A DNA stretch of 64,000 nt from a bacterium (GTDB lineage: Bacteria > CLD3 > SB21), in assembly GCA_013360215.1 (NCBI GenBank), contig JABWCP010000009.1:1-64000 (forward strand), read 5' to 3'. Positions 58,747 through 64,000 of this stretch are shown here, piece by piece (the first letter of the stretch is position 1; the number at the start of each line of letters is the position of its first letter). Under the pieces are notes generated by a model. It was not told the origin of the DNA, ran no database searches, and saw only the letters and a list, made by a program, of their open reading frames with translations. The position numbers were made by a program, and so were the translations under genes.

Positions 58747-60669
58747 TTACTCCTCCGGTGTTATTTGCAAAAGCACGCCGTCAAACGGGCAGAATTCGTA
58801 TTGAAATTCGTACGCACGCCGGCACTTTTTACAGTACCGATACAGCAACGGCTTGTCTATAGATTTAGATGAAAGCCATGCCGCGCGAAAGTTTGATTTT
58901 TTTTCTGTCAGTGACTTACCGGTTTGCTCAACCGGGATAATTTCCAAGGACGGATCCACTGCAACTTTGACCCGTGAAGTGCCTTTGAGACCGCGCTGTT
59001 CATAAACAATCGTTACGCTGTCATCGGGTTTTAATTGTTTCAAAACCTCTTCCCACGCCTCAATAGAACGCACGGCTTGATCATTGAGCGAAAAAATTTT
59101 ATCGCCGCGATCCAGACCGGCCAGATACAGCGGATCTCCTATGAGCGTGGCATCTTTGATGAGGATACCGTCGTCATCGGCTGCGAGCCGCACTTGTCCT
59201 AATGTCGGTCTATCCGCATGCGCAGCACGTGTGACGAAACCGGCATAATCCAGCAGCTTTTTATAATCCGGTAACCGGTTACCGCGAATCGTTTCATCAA
59301 AAAAACGTTGCGCCCGTTTTTTATCGCCGATCAGATCACCTAACGCCGATTCGAGATCGGCTGAAGTATAGGGTTTTTCCGTTTTACCGTACGCTTTCCA
59401 CAAAAGCTGCATGTAGTCATCCAACGTTTTGCCATGTTCCGTGCGCAACGTCAGATCCAATCCCAAAGCCACCGTAGCGCCGTACCAATAATACGTCGAA
59501 AATATATTTTTACGATTCTGCGCATCCACCGAAGTCGCGGCATCGGTAAACGCCGCACGTTGGCTCATGTGTGCCGGACCGCCAAAATTTTTAGAGGGAT
59601 CCACGACTACGTTATTCATCAATTTGGTTAATACCTTGCAATACCGGTCCACGCTTTGAATGCCCGCCCGTGTAATGATCAAATCATCATAGTAGGAAGT
59701 AAAACCCTCGGCAAACCAAAGTTCCTCCGACATATTGACCCGCGTTTTATCAAACGGTTCTAGCGATTTGGGACGAAGGCGTTCCACATTCCACGCGTGA
59801 AAAAATTCATGCGCCATCGTAGATGCGATATCCAAGAAATCACCGCTAATAGAATCCCGATTGGTGATCACACTTGAATTGCGGTGTTCCATCCCGTCCC
59901 AGGACGCATACGGCGTCAACTCCATCATAAAGGCATACCGTCCCTGATCAAAAACCGGAAATTCGCCAAAAACCGCACGCGCTTCGCGGACGATCACATC
60001 GCCGACTTTAGCCAAATATTCTGTCTGTTTCGGCGTTCCCGTATGATGAAGTATCAGCGAAAAAAGAATATCACCACTTGTCGCCGGAACGCGCCATGAC
60101 GATTCCTGAAATGCGCTGATCTCAATAGGGCTATCCATCAGATAAGCCAAATCCGAAGCAATGTATACTGAAGCGCCGGACTCTTTGAGTTGTGTAGCGA
60201 TGCGCCATGTTTTATCCGGAAGCGTAAACCGAAGGCGGATATTGCGATGGTCTGCGTTTTGTGCATACACAAACATCGCCGGGGGATTGATATGCGCGTG
60301 CGACGCATCGAGCGATAAATACGTGCCATCTACATGATCGCCGTACACTGTATAAAAAAAACGCACCGTTCCATCATGACCGGATACTTGCCACCCGTAA
60401 GGATCATTTTGGGTTACATCAAGTTTTTTTCCGCGCCCATCCTCGGCTCTAACCGAATACACATTTTTGATAAATTCGTGCAGTGCATAACGCCCCGGTG
60501 AGGAACGGCTCATCCGAATATCCAAAACGGGTGACGAAATATCCGAAAACACGGCCGTCACTTCCGCCTCATGATGGCGAATGTTGGGAAAGCGAACTTC
60601 ATAGTTAACTTGTTGCGCAGATACACTAGCGGATACACAAACCCACCATAACAGGGTACGATAATTCAT
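58747..60669 (-). CDS. M61-family metallopeptidase with PDZ domain and C-terminal Cys cluster
   Basis: GMEHRNS, AHEFFHAWNVERLRP, LWFAEGFTSYY, AGLDRGDKI; signal peptide. Confidence 0.92.
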   Translation of the reverse strand: MNYRTLLWWVCVSASVSAQQVNYEVRFPNIRHHEAEVTAVFSDISSPVLDIRMSRSSPGRYALHEFIKNVYSVRAEDGRGKKLDVTQNDPYGWQVSGHDGTVRFFYTVYGDHVDGTYLSLDASHAHINPPAMFVYAQNADHRNIRLRFTLPDKTWRIATQLKESGASVYIASDLAYLMDSPIEISAFQESSWRVPATSGDILFSLILHHTGTPKQTEYLAKVGDVIVREARAVFGEFPVFDQGRYAFMMELTPYASWDGMEHRNSSVITNRDSISGDFLDIASTMAHEFFHAWNVERLRPKSLEPFDKTRVNMSEELWFAEGFTSYYDDLIITRAGIQSVDRYCKVLTKLMNNVVVDPSKNFGGPAHMSQRAAFTDAATSVDAQNRKNIFSTYYWYGATVALGLDLTLRTEHGKTLDDYMQLLWKAYGKTEKPYTSADLESALGDLIGDKKRAQRFFDETIRGNRLPDYKKLLDYAGFVTRAAHADRPTLGQVRLAADDDGILIKDATLIGDPLYLAGLDRGDKIFSLNDQAVRSIEAWEEVLKQLKPDDSVTIVYEQRGLKGTSRVKVAVDPSLEIIPVEQTGKSLTEKKSNFRAAWLSSKSIDKPLLYRYCKKCRRAYEFQYEFCPFDGVLLQITPEE

Positions 60670-60705
60670 ATTAACCTCTACTAAGATGAGAAAATGAAAA
60701 AGGCC

Positions 60706-61491
60706 TCAGAGATAAAATTTTGTTCTTCGATCTTTGAAAAGATCGTTTTTCGGCGTCATGTTTTTTTGACGTGACTTGGTCAAATCAATCTTTGCGATAT
60801 AGACTTCTTCCTTTTGTTCCGGCGCACGATGTAGTAACACGCCTTTGGGGGCAACGATCTGACTTTGTCCCGTAAAGGTCAGCTCGCCGTGGGGACGTGT
60901 TTCCTCGCCATAACGATTGGCTGTGACACAATACACCATATTTTCGATGGATCGGGTAATCATGGCATTTTGGCAATAGTTCAAAACCAGATTGGAAGGA
61001 TGAGCGATGATATCCGCGCCCATAAGCGACAGCGTGCGCGTCACTTCGGGAAAAATCCAGTCGAAACAAATCATCATACCGACCCGTGCCGAAGCGATTT
61101 TATGAACGCGCAGCGGTTTATCGCCCGGTGTGAAACAATTTTTTTCAGTGTTAAATAAATGAATTTTACGGTACACATCCACAATGCCTTTTTTACCGAT
61201 CAGCAAGGCGCTGTTATAGTTTTTTCCCCCGTCCCGTTCATTGAACCCGGTGATCACGTGCATACCGTTTTTTTTGCATAACTCGACCAGTACTTCCACG
61301 ACAAATGATTTTTTCGGATCTTCGGATAACGCATACGCTTCCTTACGATCGCGAAAATAATATCCCGTTGTGGCCAATTCAGGTAATACCATCAGATCAG
61401 CCTGCTTCTTTTCCAAAAGTGCGTAGATTTTGGCAGCATTATAATCTATATCTCCAAATTGCGGTTTGAATTGCACGTATCCGATTTTCAT
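60706..61491 (-). CDS. Carbon-nitrogen hydrolase (nitrilase superfamily)
   Basis: LPELATTGY, YRKIHLF, ICFDWIFPE (E-K-C triad); start ATG 61491. Confidence 0.93.
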   Translation of the reverse strand: MKIGYVQFKPQFGDIDYNAAKIYALLEKKQADLMVLPELATTGYYFRDRKEAYALSEDPKKSFVVEVLVELCKKNGMHVITGFNERDGGKNYNSALLIGKKGIVDVYRKIHLFNTEKNCFTPGDKPLRVHKIASARVGMMICFDWIFPEVTRTLSLMGADIIAHPSNLVLNYCQNAMITRSIENMVYCVTANRYGEETRPHGELTFTGQSQIVAPKGVLLHRAPEQKEEVYIAKIDLTKSRQKNMTPKNDLFKDRRTKFYL

Positions 61492-61513
61492 GTTTTCATT
61501 CCTATACAGATTT

Positions 61514-62695
61514 TTATGACGTTTGTCCGTTTTGCAATAATACATTTCGAATAACCTGAGCCGACGATGTGATTACAGATTCCGGTTCACCCGTAAAACA
61601 GAGGCGTATATACGAAGAAAAATCTTTGCCAAAATCACCGCCCGGCGCGACCAATACGCCGCCCATAATCATTTGCTCAACCAGTTGATCAAATGCCCGA
61701 CCTTGCAAATACGGCGCTGCATCTAAAAAAACAAAATACGTTCCCTCCGGTTTAGCGACCGGCATGGCCAGTGCTTCCACCATCGCATCGCGCAGTTGTT
61801 GGTATTGGGCATTGATCCCGTGCATCCACTCGTGCCGACGCCGCAACGGTTCGACCATCATATACTGCCCCACCGGCGAAGGGCTATATAACTGGTGCAC
61901 CATGACTTTATTCAATGCATGGATAAGTTCAGGCTCCGCGATCGCGTAGCCGAGGCGCAATCCCGCGAACATAAATATTTTAGAAAACGTAAAAATGCTG
62001 ATGGTTTGTTCGCGTATACCCAACGTAGCGGGGGAAATCGTTTTACGCCCGTCAAATGCCAAACCGTCGTACGCTTCATCGCTGATCAGCCACAACTGAT
62101 GCTGTTTTACAAAATCAACGACAGCCTGCCATTGTCGAGCATCCAACATTTTTCCTGACGGATTATTGGGCGAATTGACATACACGGCCACCGTTTTGGA
62201 AGTCGTTGCATTTTTGAGCTTTCCGAAAATATCCATTTCCGGTTGGTCATATAAGTCCATGTACAGCGGAACTTCGACCACTTTTCCGCCCGCGGCACGC
62301 ACCATTCCCGTAAAGAATGGCCAGCACGGCGTTAACACGATCACTTCGTCGCCGGGATTGATCAGAGTCATCATCGCCGCACTCAACGCATTGCTCGCTC
62401 CGGCCGTCACTAAAACATGATCCCGAGTGGAAGTGATACCGTTGTCTTCGCTTACTTTTTCGGCAATGGTTTTACGCAGTTCATCCACGCCGTACGTGTT
62501 GCAATATTTGGTCATATCACGGTGTGCCGATGTGAAATAGTCGGCCAAAGGCATCGCATACGGCGGCCATAACGCCGTATCTCCGATATGCAATTTAGCA
62601 ACCGATGTCTGCTGTTTGATCAAATGACGGTATTTTTCGTACACCGATCCGGTAAGCTCTTTCACGCGTTCGGCTGTATGAGGATATTTTGGCAT
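61514..62695 (-). CDS. PLP-dependent aminotransferase, class I/II
   Basis: NSPNNPSG, ISDEAY, TFSK..FAGLRLGY, IRLCF. Confidence 0.93.
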   Translation of the reverse strand: MPKYPHTAERVKELTGSVYEKYRHLIKQQTSVAKLHIGDTALWPPYAMPLADYFTSAHRDMTKYCNTYGVDELRKTIAEKVSEDNGITSTRDHVLVTAGASNALSAAMMTLINPGDEVIVLTPCWPFFTGMVRAAGGKVVEVPLYMDLYDQPEMDIFGKLKNATTSKTVAVYVNSPNNPSGKMLDARQWQAVVDFVKQHQLWLISDEAYDGLAFDGRKTISPATLGIREQTISIFTFSKIFMFAGLRLGYAIAEPELIHALNKVMVHQLYSPSPVGQYMMVEPLRRRHEWMHGINAQYQQLRDAMVEALAMPVAKPEGTYFVFLDAAPYLQGRAFDQLVEQMIMGGVLVAPGGDFGKDFSSYIRLCFTGEPESVITSSAQVIRNVLLQNGQTS

Positions 62696-62878
62696 GATGG
62701 GAATAAAATTAATTAATATACAATGTCGTTATGTTTGATGCTTTGGAACTTTAACTTTATTGAAAATTTTATCGCATAAAAGTAAACATGACAATGCTCA
62801 TGTATTTTGCCGCCGGAATGCATATATTTTTTGCGGTTCAAATTACTGATAAAACTACAACCCGCAAAGGAAAAAAAC

Positions 62879-64000
62879 GTGCACGCTCTTGACGCTATAT
62901 TCAAACCCCGCAACGTCGCCGTGATCGGCGCTTCGCGCAAAAGCAAAACTATCGGCCATGAAATCATTCATAACCTCATCGAATGCGGTTTCACCGGCGC
63001 GATATATCCCGTCAATCCGAATGCACCGGCCATACATAGTATCAAAGCTTATCCGACCGTCAAAGATATTCCGGACGAAGTGGATCTAGCCATCGTCACC
63101 GTGCCCAAACAACTGGTACTCGGCGTCGTGGACGAATGCGCGGCCAAAGGAATCAAAGGTCTGATCGTCATCACGGCGGGATTCAAAGAAGTCGGCGCGG
63201 AAGGTGCGGCACTTGAAGATCAACTCATGGCCAAAATAAAAAAATACGATATGCGTATGGTCGGCCCTAATTGTATGGGCGTGATCAATACCGATGAACA
63301 CGTCAATCTCAATGCTACGTTTTCGCCGACCCAGTCGCGCTCCGGTAATATCGCATTCATTTCCCAAAGCGGCGCGCTCGGCGTAGCCATTCTCGAAAAC
63401 GCCGAATCGCTTGAACTGGGCATTTCCAATTTTGCCAGCATCGGTAATAAACCGGATATCTCCGGCAATGATCTTTTGGAATACTGGCGTGATGATTCGC
63501 GCACTAAACTGATATTGATGTACCTTGAAAGTTTCGGCAATCCCCGGCGCTTTATCGAAGTAGCGCGCAGTATTACGCGATTCAAACCGATATTGGCCGT
63601 CAAATCGGGACGTACCATGGCGGGAGCGCGTGCCGCATCGTCTCATACCGGCGCCTTGTCCGGTTCCGACACGATCGTGGACGCGATGTTTCGCCAATCG
63701 GGCGTGATGCGCGTATCCTCCATCGAACAGCTTTTTGATGTAGCAATGGCTTTTGACAAGCAGCCGCTGCCGCACGGTGATCGCGTTGCGATTTTGAGTA
63801 ACGCCGGCGGACCGGCGATCATGGCCACGGATGCGCTCGTAAGCAACGGACTAAAATTGGCCGAGTTTACACAACAAACCAAAACTGCGCTACGTCAGAT
63901 TCTTTCACCGGAAGCCAGTGTTAATAATCCGGTGGATACGACGGCCGGCGGTGACGCGCAGATCTACGGCAAAGCGCTTGATATTATCTGCAAAGATCCT
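62879..64000 (+). CDS. ADP-forming acetate/acyl-CoA ligase, runs off the window (absent from the ORF track)
   Basis: GTG after AAGGA; LDAIFKPRNVAVIGAS, YPVNP, ITAGFKE, GPNCMG, SQSGA, YLESFG, ASSHTGAL, SNAGG, NPVD. Confidence 0.92.
   Translation, partial: MHALDAIFKPRNVAVIGASRKSKTIGHEIIHNLIECGFTGAIYPVNPNAPAIHSIKAYPTVKDIPDEVDLAIVTVPKQLVLGVVDECAAKGIKGLIVITAGFKEVGAEGAALEDQLMAKIKKYDMRMVGPNCMGVINTDEHVNLNATFSPTQSRSGNIAFISQSGALGVAILENAESLELGISNFASIGNKPDISGNDLLEYWRDDSRTKLILMYLESFGNPRRFIEVARSITRFKPILAVKSGRTMAGARAASSHTGALSGSDTIVDAMFRQSGVMRVSSIEQLFDVAMAFDKQPLPHGDRVAILSNAGGPAIMATDALVSNGLKLAEFTQQTKTALRQILSPEASVNNPVDTTAGGDAQIYGKALDIICKDP

Noticed and set aside
63086-63882. Minus-strand ORFs of 229, 132 and 79 aa
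   Set aside because: Antisense to the acyl-CoA ligase that the ORF track missed because it has no stop in the window

Overview
Gene-dense bacterial chromosomal window, probably from an FCB-group-like organism (inference from gene content; the tRNA promoter is a canonical sigma70 type). Left to right: end of a carbamoyltransferase plus an SxtJ-like gene; a tatC-thioredoxin-ArsA/Get3-Omp85-like operon; tRNA-Asp(GTC); a stand-alone Cys-type formate dehydrogenase alpha subunit behind an FNR-like box; an AT-richer accessory block (about 9.7-21.9 kb) with two paralogous secreted amidohydrolases that share a remodelled metal site, each preceded by a DUF6958-like gene (second copy broken), plus a membrane AraC regulator and a DUF5916/CBM9-like outer-membrane protein; rsgA preceded by an unannotated 16-aa leader ORF with SD-sequestering structure; pbpC; a cholesterol-oxidase-like GMC enzyme; a TGA-interrupted DUF6090-like gene; a propeller sensor kinase; a B12 radical SAM enzyme; a diheme cytochrome; a 124-149 nt structured intergenic element; a long minus-strand run (cNMP protein, epimerase, M50 protease, rsmI, isolated rnpA, hybrid kinase, amidase) interrupted by an EcoRV-like R-M cassette whose nuclease has PE instead of PD; a Yip1/TolC/MacA/MacB-type exporter; M61 peptidase, nitrilase, aminotransferase; and the 5' part of an ADP-forming acyl-CoA synthetase. 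I saw no CRISPR array, rRNA, transposase or integrase. All family calls come from motif recognition by eye, not from database searches. Best leads: the rsgA leader attenuator, the divergent amidohydrolase block, the long intergenic hairpin and the PE-type EcoRV homolog.
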